DNA of 64,000 nucleotides from Octopus vulgaris (taxonomy: Eukaryota). The notes beneath the pieces were generated by a model. That model was not told the DNA's origin and did not search any database. It worked only from the letters and a program-made list of their open reading frames with translations. Made by a program: the position numbers and the translations under genes. Positions 52,801 through 64,000 of this stretch are shown here, piece after piece. The DNA lies in NCBI GenBank assembly GCA_951406725.2, contig OX597814.1, positions 194,990,001-195,054,000 on the forward strand, in the 5' to 3' direction. Positions within the stretch are counted from its first letter, which is position 1, and the number at the start of each line of letters is the position of its first letter.

Positions 52801-53427
52801 CAAACCGAAAAGATCCCAGGAGACGATATTTGTCCACGGTGTCACGCAGTAGGACTTCTTAACCCGAAACTATGTGAATGGGAAGCGAATTTTTCAACTA
52901 CACACGCACACACAATAAAACTTGTACATTCTGGTTATGTTTTCTGAAGCATTTCAGATATAATCATATTTAATATTTTGAAATGAGCTTTTTTAGTACA
53001 CTTATTTTAACTGAGAGATTAAAAATAAATAAAATAAGGTGTGGTTACGATGTGCCACAGTTAAACACAAATGTTTAATCATAATTTTGTTATACTTATG
53101 CAAGTAAGTATAACGCATCCACAACTTTGCTACCTCAGAACTTCCAGAAAAATGAACATTTTTTAATGAAATTTTCTAGAGATATCTAGGTGTAGGAGTG
53201 GCTGTGTGATAAGTAGTTTGCTTACCAACCACATGGTTCCGGGTTCAGTCCCACTGCGTGGCACCTTGGGCAAGTGTCTTCAAGGCTGACCAAAGCCTTG
53301 TGAGTGGATTTGGTAGACGGAAACTGAAAGAAGCCCGTCGTATATATGTATATATATGTGTGTGTGTGTTTGTCCCCCCAACATCGCTTGAGGACTCATG
53401 GTGGTGTGTTTACGTCCCAGTAACTCA
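49881..53427. repeat. Near-perfect tandem duplication, unit ~1774 bp
   Basis: Identical ORF pairs at offset 1774 (50093/51867, 50175/51949) and a near-identical pair 51484/53258; bounded by family A SINEs at 49630, 51415 and 53189. Confidence 0.95.
50634..51042. mobile_element. Merlin-like MITE, opposite orientation (duplicate at 52408-52816)
   Basis: Same TIRs; inserted in a decayed family A SINE; no clear TSD. Confidence 0.85.
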
Positions 53428-53599
53428 GCGGTTTGGCAAAAAGAGACCGATAGAATAAGTACTAGGCTTACAAAGAATAAGTCCAGGGGTTGATTTGCTC
53501 GACTAAAGGCGGTGCACCAGCATGGCCACAGTCAAATGACTGAAACAAGTGAAAGAGTAAAGAGTATATGCTTCAGAGGAGCTTCGGAAAAATTCAGCA

Positions 53600-54105
53600 G
53601 TAGGTTTTCTTTCCTCATAACTTAAAAAAAAAAAAATGGGTAATTTTATATTAAAAGTTTCTACAACTATCTTCCGGACTGTATACATTACAATTATATC
53701 GGGATTTAATGCGAAAACGAAAAACAAAAAAAGTTTCGGGGGCTCAAACACATCACACATATCTACAAAATGAAATTTGAAATTTCGGTAAAAAAAAAAA
53801 AATAGTGTAATGTGTGCGAGCCACCAAATTTTTTTTTTTTTTTTCCATATTAAATTCCGATATGATCATAATGTGCACGCTCTGAAAGGTATTTGTAGAA
53901 AATTTCATTAAAAAATACCCATTATTCTGAAAGATAATAAGGATTTTCCGAAACTCCTCAGAAAAAAAAAAAATCACATTAAATTCCGATATAATCGAAA
54001 TCTGCACTGTCTGAAGCATATTTGTAGAAAATTTCAATAAAAAATATCCATTTTTCTGCAAGTTATGAGGAAATAAAACCAAAGTCGGAGGAGCACACTC
54101 GTGTA
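53600..54105. mobile_element. MITE with long internal inverted repeats
   Basis: Related to 60062-60578: tttgtagaaaatttcattaaaaa..tatccatt..gttatgaggaaa modules. Confidence 0.6.
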
Positions 54106-54464
54106 GGTATGTCGCAATTTTAACGAATCGATGAAAATATAAGCATTGGTTAACTAGAGCTATATATATGAAATATTTCCAAATAATTATTATAAGATAA
54201 TATAATAGAAAGTGAACGAAATCAAGATTAAATTTGATAATGAAAGTTTTGAAAATAACAATAGTTAAAAATATTAACTCGAGAAAGTTGTTAAGATAGA
54301 AAAAAGTAATAGTTAAGGCAGAAAAAAGTATTGTTAATTAATATACAAAGTGAATTTTTGAGGTGATTAAATGGTAGAAAATAGAATAAAGTTGTGTAGG
54401 TAGGTATAATTAATAATAAATAAATTTTGAGTGCAAGATCACATACCAAGAAGGGTTACAACGA

Positions 54465-54542
54465 CACGTACTTCCCGGTGGAGACTATTTTATTTTTGTT
54501 TTGACACTGAACTGGTTTCCTTTCTCAGAAGACTTGTCAAAG
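54465..54542 (+). other. Possible first exon or micro-exon of a plus-strand transcript
   Basis: CpG-containing unique sequence (cacgtacttcccggt) ending in donor AAG|GTATGT; an alternative acceptor would give a 14-nt exon at 54529-54542. Confidence 0.3.
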
Positions 54543-55150
54543 GTATGTTATTTGTGGATATATAGAAAACATGACTGAACTTAATTTTAACACAAGTGAT
54601 GTTGGGGGGGTGACAGCTGTCAGTTGTCCTAAACAACAACCCAAAGCTACTTACTTACTTGGACGATGTGCTCTATACGAAGTAAGAGTGGACGTGTGTC
54701 ACTAGTTTGTTTTACTCATTTAACGATATATATATAGGTATATATGTACGTCTATGGTGCGTTAACCAAAGCGCAAATTGTTAATAAGGCAGGAAAATAA
54801 AAATTAATTATTTCGTTGTAAATTCTAACAAGATAATTTTCTAGTGTTTTATTTTTTTTTCTCTCTATTTCCAACATAATATTACTTTATATAGATTTAG
54901 TGTTTAGTCACTGTGTGTCTCTTATACTGGACTACTAACATAAATCCACTTGTAGGTTTAAGAATATACCAGCACTATACAACGTTTAAGTGTTTAATAG
55001 TCGTCAGACTAACTATTATGTCTATTTCCTTCACAACGTTTACCTTAAATACTTCGACACAGGAGTAGGGTTCCGGGTTCCTGTAGGTGGTCGTTCGATC
55101 TGCTAAAAGTAGCAGTCAACTCACCATTAAATTACACTCTGATGTCTTAA

Positions 55151-55361
55151 CCCTTTCGTTACTGTATTTATTTTAAGATGTTCTGTGTTTCTCTCAATTA
55201 TTTTAAATATAACAAAGAATTTTGTAAAATAACTTCGTTATCATTAAGCTAGTGTTAGGAACATAAATTGTGACTTAGGTTTGGTGGAAGATTTTAATTA
55301 AAAACTTATGAAAACAAGACATTTGTACTACAGAGCCAGAGCCGGGTTGGTAACAAAAGGG
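55151..55361. mobile_element. piggyBac-like MITE (family P1)
   Basis: Homologous to 2942-3160, 5' TTAA. Confidence 0.8.
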
Positions 55362-56125
55362 TGTAGACCAAAATATACTACTGCTGAAAAAAAACAAAAA
55401 CAAAAAACAGCCTCACCTCGCTCAAAAACGGAAAACCCGATGTGGTCGTAGCTTAAAATGCCTAGATCCCAAGTTTTCTGTCTCAGAGCTGTCTCAAGGC
55501 TTGCGTGCGTTTTTATAAATTAACCTGACTGAAAACAGGTTACAGTGAGAGGCTCGTTGCGGTTAACGTTCCATTTGATATGTATAAGTGCTTGGACAGG
55601 AAATATATTGAAAGAATGATTTAGAAGGAAAGCAGGTCTCCAGACAAGTGAATTGTCAAAACATTAACTAATAAGGTGTAGAATAGTTAAGAGTGATTAG
55701 GACAACAGGAAGATTGAATAAAAACCTTTCCCTCAGAATTTGAGACCTTATGCCAAAACAAGAAATTAATTAAAGTTGTTGGTTTTCCTGTTATTTTTTT
55801 AATAATTGTTAACCAAACTACTTGGCTCTTTTTGTCTAGCCGTTTATCGTTTATTTGTTTTTGTCATAAGACTGTGAGGCGGCCATGCTGGGGCACTCCC
55901 TCAGACTTCGAGGTGGCCATGCTGGGGCACTCCTTCCGATTTCGAGGCGGCCATGCTGCGGCACCACCTCGGAGAAATTTTAGTCGAATGAATCGATCCC
56001 AGTACTTATTTTTCAAAGGCTAGCACTTATTCTATCGGTGTCTTTTTTCGAACCGCTGTGTAACGAGGACGTAAAGACACCAACATTGGTTGTCAAGTGG
56101 TGGTGGGGGACAACTGAGACACAAA

Positions 56126-56162
<37 letters not shown>

Positions 56163-56194
56163 ACACTCACACACGATGGGTTTCCCTTGCTCAC

Positions 56195-56990
56195 CCTCTA
56201 GCGGTTTCTGGCAGCATACAGTGCGCTTCTAAGTGGCTTTCCTCCCTTCCACAAAAAGCGGAAAAGGATTCTGTCCAATTTGTTCAGCCACAAATCGGGG
56301 CAAGGCACCACGCTCAGATGGTAGGTGATTACTGATGCTATAAACATCTGCACCACCTCCGCCCTCCCTAGCAAGGATAACGCCCGCCCAGACCAGGTCT
56401 GGGTTAGAGCAGTCACCTTGCTGGCCACCTCACTCCAATTTTTCTCTATCTAGAGGTTTGGACAAACCCAGATTAAGAGCAGCTTAACAGGACCTTCCGT
56501 CCAACGCACCACGACATTATTGGACGCCATCGGCTTGCCCATCCAGGTGCCAAGTTGCAAACCTACTGACTTGTCCTTGTTAACCTTTACTCCTGCCACC
56601 GCCTCGTAACTTTTGATGGCCTCTTCCACCACTGAAAGCTGGCCCTCATCCGCCACGATGATGGGGCTGTCACCCGCGTACGCCGTAGCTCCTCTTCCAC
56701 ACCATAGATCATGCGGCGCGCCCCCTAGTGTCTCCAGCTTCCGCAGCAATGACCCAAGAGCCAATACATACAAAAGCGGAGACAGGGGACACCCCTGACG
56801 TACTGAGCGCTCGATCTTGAATGGCTTCGAAAAGAAACCATTCACTTCCACGACAGACTCGATGTCACTGTACAACGCAGTAATCCAACCGCGGAAGGTC
56901 GGGCCCAGGCCAGCTTTCTCGAGGACCGCCACCAAGTACCGATGGTCAACCGTTTCAAATGCTTTAGACGATCTAAATGTACCAGTGCCC
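56195..56990 (-). mobile_element. L1/Tx1-clade LINE reverse transcriptase fragment
   Basis: SKAFETVDHRYL...VRQGCPLSPLLYVLAL...AYAGD...LSLLGRAEV...LFRFLWKG. Confidence 0.92.
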
Positions 56991-58112
56991 CCCCCCCCCC
57001 CCAACTGCGCCAGGAAGTTTCCTCATCCTCTCCAAGGAGTAGCGTATAAGATGGAGACTGTCGTGGATCGACCCGCTCGAGATAGCGCACGTTTGCACTT
57101 CCTCTACATTTATGTCCCCAGCATGACCGCAGTCTAATGATTGAAACAAGTAAAAGATAAAAAAAATATGCTGCTAAGAGAGAAGAAACGATACACACTG
57201 GGTTCATGTCGGCGAACTTGAATTGCCATCTAGGTTGAGTAAAAGCCACGAGAACGACTCTTAAAAGCAACGAAATCAGAATGTGGCTAGCTTAGCTGCA
57301 GGTGGCCACAAACTGAGGTAAGAAGTGAGACGTGTTTAGTGACCCGGCTGGTCGCTATACAATATGCCTGGGAATTAGAGAAGGACGTGGGAGAAAACAG
57401 TGTAGAGTAGAGTCGTCGCATCAAAAAGGTGAAGATAAACTTACTTGGAAATGGATGCATGGCGTTCAATTAAATAATAATATAAAGAATCTCTCTCGTT
57501 GCTCACACGAGATCATCGTCCATCTTTCTTTTCCTCACATGACCATCTTTCTATGGAGCTATTTCTAGTAATTAAACCAGTGAAATGATTCGTTTATAAT
57601 AGAAGAATGTTCTGGAGAACATGAGATAAATTCCATGATAGCTGAGATTCCGACTCAGTTTCCATTTTTGGTTGATAGATCTACATTTCACAAATATTAC
57701 TCTTGCCCTCGGAAAAGTATGAGCATTATAACTTCCCATTTGTCTTCAAGCTTTTCTAGCTAAGATAACGGAAACAACTCTTATAGTTATCCTTTCCTAA
57801 ACATATAATGTCACTGACGCTGCTAAATTTGGATCAATACTTGGGAAGCTAAAATGTCGTTAGTTAAACTAGTTGAAATTCGTTACATGTGGCAAATTTC
57901 GAAATAAGCGTTGGAGGAATTAAAGGATTAGAAATTAAAATTTTCAGTAAAGTAGGAAAACGGAAAGCAATTTCAAAATGGGAATTTATATTGATTCAAT
58001 AACATTCTCAGCAAAGTTTGAAAATCCAAATCGCCAAATTATTTCTGAGATATTCACCCCCATCATTGTGTTAACTTTTGTTCAAAAGTTCGAGCTACAG
58101 TACTTAAAATAA

Positions 58113-58160
<48 letters not shown>

Positions 58161-58368
58161 GTGTGCATGTTTATTAATTTTTACAAGGAGAAGTTTGGCA
58201 GTGATTTCGAAGTTTCGGCTTGCTCACCTTTCGAAGTTACAGTCAACTTTTTCCTTCTAAAACATGGGTTCTACAACATGGTATTGAGAAATCTTTCAGT
58301 TCAATGCTAAACTGCTCTTCTATATAACTTTATATAAAAACAAGCGTTAATAAATATATGTGTGTATT

Positions 58369-58402
<34 letters not shown>

Positions 58403-58831
58403 TTATATATATTTTGTATGTATTACTGGTGACCATAGATGCATAAAAGTGTGTGTGTGTGTGTGGTTATCTTGTGTCTTTGATAAGCATGCGGAAGTTG
58501 AGTAATGTCTCTGAGTATATGTGTATGTGCGATTGTGTGTGTGTTTAATTAATCTGTCTAGGAAGGGTAGAGAATATAACCCTTGTTGCCTCACTCGACT
58601 GAATTGATTTCTCGTTTCATCTCTCGTTCAATGAAAGGAACGATTCAGTTGCCGCCATTTATAATAAACCCTGCTGCTTTCAGTCTCATTGAATTTCTGT
58701 GCAGATAACTCAACCATTTTCACCTATGGACCTCTTTGGTTCCTATTTTGCTCTCCTGGGTCCCCATATTACAAAAATCCTATTATCTTTCTATATATAA
58801 AGTTGAAGTTGTCTGTGTATGGCAGGCTTGG

Positions 58832-58931
58832 NNNNNNNNNNNNNNNNNNNNNNNNNNNNNNNNNNNNNNNNNNNNNNNNNNNNNNNNNNNNNNNNNNNNN
58901 NNNNNNNNNNNNNNNNNNNNNNNNNNNNNNN
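58832..58931. other. Assembly gap (100 N)
   Basis: Run of N. Confidence 1.
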
Positions 58932-58992
58932 ATAACGCCATGATATATTTAAAGTTGTGCCCCTTAGAGAAAAATGAAAATATGATCAGTCA

Positions 58993-59386
58993 TCTCTCTA
59001 TATATAAAGCAAAAGTTGTCTGTGTATGGCAGGTTTGGTAGCCTTCAACTAACACTATCTCCTCCGAGACCCTGCGGCGCAAGTTGACCAAAATTAAGAG
59101 TATGATAGACGAAGGCTTGCTCTTCCTTTCGTAGAAGAAAAAATTCAAATCGGACCATGTTAATGCCAAAAATTATTTACATCAAAAAGGTGCTTTTTTT
59201 TCTATGAAAATCCCTATTTTTTACGGTTTTTTTGACTGCTGTGTCGCCATTTTTCGGTGTATTTCAACCAGAAAAACGTTCACTTAAAGAGAATAACAAG
59301 CTACATCATACAAAATTTTTACTTTTCAAAAATTCCAATTCTAAAGGGTCGAAACTAACCCGAGCAACGCCGGGCGATACTGCTAG
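58993..59386 (+). mobile_element. Non-autonomous Helitron (family H1)
   Basis: A|TC...cccgagcaacgccggg...CTAG|T. Confidence 0.9.
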
Positions 59387-59644
59387 TATTTTTATAATTA
59401 TATTTAAAAAATTGTTAAAATATTTTGTGCATTTTTGAAGTATAACCAATTTATTGCAAATAAATTTTAACAACAAAATCTTATATGGACCGGAACCCCA
59501 GGGTGATATGAACCCTGGTTGAAGATCACTGAGCTAAACGGACAAGATCAGTGAAAAGTGATGGTATACAGACCAATGGTTTTCAGCTGACAAACTACCA
59601 ATTTGCCCAACATATCCCTTAACCTCTGTTAAATAAAACAGTAT

Positions 59645-59861
59645 CTATTTCTTTATTGCCCATAAGGGGACAAACAAGGACAGACAAACGGATTAAGTCG
59701 ATTAGATCGACCCCAGTGCGTAACTGGTGCTTTATTTATCGACCCCGAAAGGATGAAAGGCAAAGTCGACCTCAGCGGAATTTGAACTCAGAACGTAACG
59801 GCAGGCGAAATATCGCTAAGCATTTCGCCCGGCGCGCTAACGTTTCTGCCAGCTCGCCGCC
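59645..59861 (-). mobile_element. SINE family B
   Basis: 20-bp TSD ctgttaaataaaacagtatc. Confidence 0.9.
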
Positions 59862-60061
59862 TGTTAAATAAAACAGTATCGTGAAAAAGCTTTGGATTAC
59901 AACTTTCGTTGCTAAAGATTGTTTTAACATTGATAAATGCTTACAAATCTACCCGGTTTCTCAAATGGATTCATTTGACTGGAAATCTGAACGAGTAATT
60001 CCATAAAGTTCTCTACTTTTAATAATTATTCCACACGATATGTTTATTATTTGGTATTCTT

Positions 60062-60578
60062 AAACAAGTGTCACCCGTTCGACTTTGTTTCCTCACAACT
60101 TCCAGAAAAATGGATATCTTTCAATGGAATTTTCTACAAATACGCTTCTGATGGTGTAGATTACAATCATATCGGAATTTGATCTGAAATAGTAATAATA
60201 ATAAAAATGCTGGTGGTGGTGGTGGGGGCACACATGAATTCTAAGGCACGATGTATGTCATTGTCGATGCGTGCGCGCCCATCGTTTTTTAAATATTAAA
60301 TTCCGATATAATCGTGATCACCATCGTATAAAAGATATTCATTTAAAATATTCGCATTTTATTGAAAGTTATGAGGAAACAAAGTCAACTCGCGTGAATT
60401 ATCCGAAACTCCATTCCCCACTGTCTTCGAAAAAAAATTTCACAACAAATTCCGATATAATCGGAACCTATATCACTTGGAGAGTATTTGTAGAAAATTT
60501 CATTAAAAAGATATCCATTCTTCAGAAAGGTATGAGGAAATAAAGTCAGCATAGCGGAGTTGAGGGGCACTTGTGTAA
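60062..60578. mobile_element. MITE with long TIRs and internal inverted modules
   Basis: acaagtgtcacc...ttcctcacaacttccagaaaaatggatatc is mirrored by gatatccattcttcagaaaggtatgaggaa...ggggcacttgtgta. Confidence 0.7.
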
Positions 60579-61089
60579 ATATGCGGCTGATATCTACAGA
60601 AAAATCGTTAAAAACTTTGGTCTAAAAGGCTAAAAGATTTTCACTGTATTTAAAGCCAGCCACAAGATTGAACAATCCTACAACTTTTACCCTTTATTTT
60701 TTAATTTCTATTTCCCAATTATTATCTCTACTGGTGTCACGCCCGACCACGGAAGTATAGCCTGAAAACTAGCAGGAAACGAAGGCTGTTCTAATTTCTA
60801 GAAAGACTTGCAGAGAGAGAGAGAGAAAAAAATTGGAGGGAGTGGGGCTTTACATTTGAAGGATTAAGTAATATTATTACTTCCGGCAGCAAGGAAACAG
60901 AATTGAAAATGTGAATAATAGATATGTCAACGTCAGGGGAGTAGATAGTTGGTTTGAAACATTTTCCTGTGTATTTGCTGCTATAAGCATCCGCTGTAAG
61001 CCTATTTGTCATGTTATGTCACTCATGTGGGTGACTACGAAAAAGCTGCTTGGCTTAGTGTTTATAGTTAACGTTTTAGTTTAATTAAT

Positions 61090-61922
61090 GAATCGTTTCG
61101 GTTTGAACGGCAGTTTTTTTCTAGCGGTGTCATATGAAATTGTCACCCATAATTATGACCCTAGTATCGATCCATTGCATTTCAATCTGTTTTAGGGTTA
61201 GGGTGGGTGGTGGGAGGAAGGGTATCTCTTTTTTTCTTCAGAAATGTAAATGGCGCAGGAGTGGCTGTGTGGTAAGTAGCTTGCTAACCAACCACATGGT
61301 TCCGGGTTCAATCCCACTGCGTAGCATCTTGGGCAAGTGTCTTCTGCTATAGCCCCGGGCCGACCAATGCCTTGTGAGTGGATTTGGTAGATGGAAACTG
61401 AAAGAAGCCTGTCGTATATATGTATATATATAAAAGTATGTGTGTATGTGTTAGTGTGTCTGTGTTTGTCCCCCTAGCATTGCTTGACAACCGATGCTGG
61501 TGTGTTTACGTCCCCGTCACTTAGCGGTTCGGCAAAAGAGACCAATAGAATAAGTACTGGGCTTACAAAGAATAAGTCCTGGGGTGTCGATTTGCTCGAC
61601 TAAAAGGCGGTGCTCCAGCATGGCCGTAGTCAAATGACGAAACAAGTAAAAGAGTAAAAGAGTAAACCCAATCTGTTTCTTAAACGGGGGACATATTCAT
61701 ACGGCACAGAATGTTTTCACCTCAATAGACGTCATTGATTGGTTGAAATTGCAAAAATTGAAGAAAAAACAACTACAAATATCTTACAATCTATAGAATT
61801 TTCTCAATAAAGCCAAGAGAAAAAGATGTTTTATAAACACATTCTACCAGTATACGAAGTTTAAAAGTGTTTAGTTACGTAGAAATTATTCAAAAAAACT
61901 GCCGTTCAAACCGAAAAGATCC
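61090..61922. mobile_element. Merlin-like MITE carrying a nested family A SINE (61252-61662)
   Basis: TIRs, 8-bp TSD taattaat; the MITE resumes at taaacccaatctg after the SINE tail. Confidence 0.9.
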
Positions 61923-62145
61923 TAATTAATTAATTAATTACATTCGTTTCATGATAAAGATAGAGAACAAATATATATTTTATCTCTCTTTCCCTGTGTG
62001 TGTGTGTATTATATAATATATCGTCTGTAAATCCTAAATCCGAAAAAGAAGCACAAAGCTATAGAGCAGTAGAGTATATAGATATGGCCGGTCTATGGGG
62101 TTACCCTGAATTTCACGTCCATAAAGCGCTTAGCTTTACAGTGTC

Positions 62146-62468
62146 TCTTCAGACCTTAGGCCTATGGCTTCTCTAGAAAAGAGAGGCCACTTGCTAGAGA
62201 GGTCATAGGCCTAAGGTCTGAAGAAACTAGGGCTCGCAAAAAAACCGATAATTCCCAAAACCGAGTTCAATTATAAGTAATTCTCAAAACCGGTTAAAAA
62301 CTGGTTTCCGCGGGTACTAGCTAGTCGTGACTAGTCGATCCTTATTTTGTGTTTTATTTACTTTGTTTAAAAAAAATTATTTACTTTGTGTAAAAAAATT
62401 ATTTATTTTGTGTTTTATTTACTTTGCTAGGTAGTCGTTGTAGGACCGACTAGTCACGACTAGCTTGT
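62146..62468. repeat. Two adjacent inverted-repeat hairpins (62146-62224, 62316-62468)
   Basis: tcttcagaccttaggcctatg / cataggcctaaggtctgaaga; agctagtcgtgactagtcg / cgactagtcacgactagct. Confidence 0.85.
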
Positions 62469-62559
62469 GCGGATGCGCGAATACGCGAGTGCGCGCACCG
62501 GGATCACTCTTCTTAAATAGTACCCGAATTCTTTAGAGATTTCAAATCCATTTGTTACC

Positions 62560-63260
62560 ATCTTGGGCTCTTCAGACAGGATCAGGGCGTACAAAGGAGC
62601 CATGGCAAAATTAAAGATCATCATAGAGAATGATGCAAATGGGATCTGTCTGCCATACAGGAGCAAATCATGGAATAGCATAAAAAGAACTAAGATGAAG
62701 ATAGTTAAAGCCAACTCATGGTATGACAACCAAAAAATACCAGAGTGTTATGTTTGTCGATGCTATTCCTGGAGGCGAACTAGTGTATCATTTTAGAAAA
62801 GCCTCAGGTAAAATGAATCTACGGATTAAAGTTGTACAAAGGCCAGGAACTCTCTTAAAATCCCTGATCTGTAGAACATATTCATTTGAAAGAACCCTCT
62901 GTATGAATAGGAACTGTATAGTGTGTAGAGAAAGCCCACGGGTAAACTGTAAAACTAAGACTGTAGTCTATAATATAAGGTTTACAGAGGGAGGGTGCAG
63001 AAAAAAGACAACGACGTACATTGAAGAAACAGTTCATAGCGTAAGTGAGAGGATAGGGGAGCACTGGCGGGAACACAAGGAGGAAATAAGCTCGTCAGTG
63101 CTATACCAACATGCTAAATTAGAACACGGGGGCACGGTAGATAACACAGTCGTTAGGATCTTGTCGACACATGGGAACAGACACAACACTCAGAAAGATT
63201 ACAGAAGCTTCACACACAATAGAAAAATGACCGTGCCTCAACAGAAAACGTGAATAGAGT
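62560..63260 (+). mobile_element. Penelope-like element (Neptune-type) C-terminal fragment with Cys-rich linker and GIY-YIG endonuclease
   Basis: CMNRNCIVC...NCKTKTVVYNI...GC...YIEET...ERIGEH...VLYQHAKLEHGG; frameshifted upstream thumb region. Confidence 0.85.
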
Positions 63261-63477
63261 TATAACACCCTCATTTCACCACACTACGCAACATGACGCC
63301 TAAAGACAATAAGAAAAAAACTATATGAATACATAAAAGACACGGGTACAAACAGTGTAATATAGAAACCCGGGTACACGCACACGAGACACACATACAC
63401 ATACTAAACGCATAGACACATACAGAGATACAGATGTAAAAGCAAGTCTACAGGTTCAATTCTGATCTATAAACACT

Positions 63478-63740
63478 TATTTCTTTACTACCCACAAGAG
63501 GCTAAACACAGAGGCAAAGTCGACCTTGGCGGAATTTGAACTCAGAACGTAATGGCAGACGAAATACCTATTTATTTACTACCCACAAGGGGCTAAACAC
63601 AGAGAGGACAAACAAGGACAGACAAACGGATTAAGTCGATTACATCGACCCCATTGCGTAACTAGTACTTAATTTATCGACCCCGTAAGGATGAAACGGC
63701 AGACGAAGTACGGCTACGCGTCTCTGCCCGTTCGCCGCCT
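63478..63740 (-). mobile_element. Rearranged dimeric family B SINE
   Basis: Two partial reverse units joined at gacgaaataccta. Confidence 0.8.
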
Positions 63741-64000
63741 TCTAATCTATAAATACTGTTGCTCGCTGTCAATTATTAAATAATTTAGGGCCCAATGCAT
63801 TGGTTTGCTCGGTGGCCCATAATGCTGTTAGATGGCCGTGAGTGTATGACCTGAGCGGGAGGGTGAGGCACAAGAGATGATGCGTGGAAGAGAGACGGGT
63901 GGAACACTAGAGAAGATGAGGACGAGAGCAGAGTAATGCACTAATGAAGATGACAATAAGAAGTGTGGGACACTAAAGGAAAATGAGAGGAAGAGAGGAG

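Noticed and set aside
56450-57004. 184-aa reverse transcriptase ORF as an active gene or novel RT system
   Set aside because: It is a truncated L1/Tx1 fragment with the catalytic YADD mutated to YAGD and a disrupted frame.
61193-61222. TTAGGG telomeric repeats
   Set aside because: Only two units, which are an internal part of the Merlin-like MITE in several copies; not an interstitial telomere.
62218-62250. CTGAAGA as a hammerhead core next to the Penelope fragment
   Set aside because: It is part of an inverted-repeat arm, and no stem II or GAAA follows.

Overview
This is AT-rich, repeat-dense eukaryotic DNA, not prokaryotic. From memory, the tRNA-headed SINE families match those of octopod cephalopods (probably Octopus); no search was run. 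Most of the window is interspersed repeats: at least four SINE or non-autonomous retroposon families; Merlin-like, piggyBac-like, pogo-like and unclassified MITEs; non-autonomous Helitrons; decayed mariner and maT-type transposases; RTE, CR1, L1/Tx1 and Penelope fragments; micro- and minisatellites; and a 100-N gap. Almost all ORFs in the supplied track are repeat artefacts. The best host-gene evidence is the 5' end of a minus-strand gene: a putative non-coding exon 1 at ~26791-26985 with a YY1 motif, and a 64-nt exon at 8215-8278 encoding MSSYQMTGTTTTRT. A divergent ETS-type promoter may lie near 29990. The most notable observations are a hammerhead-ribozyme fold with a variant core capping a long rod hairpin (32223-32366), an ~1.77-kb tandem duplication with a chimeric SINE junction, minisatellites flanking the putative promoter, and reciprocal nesting of transposon families. 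I find no convincing novel protein-coding system.
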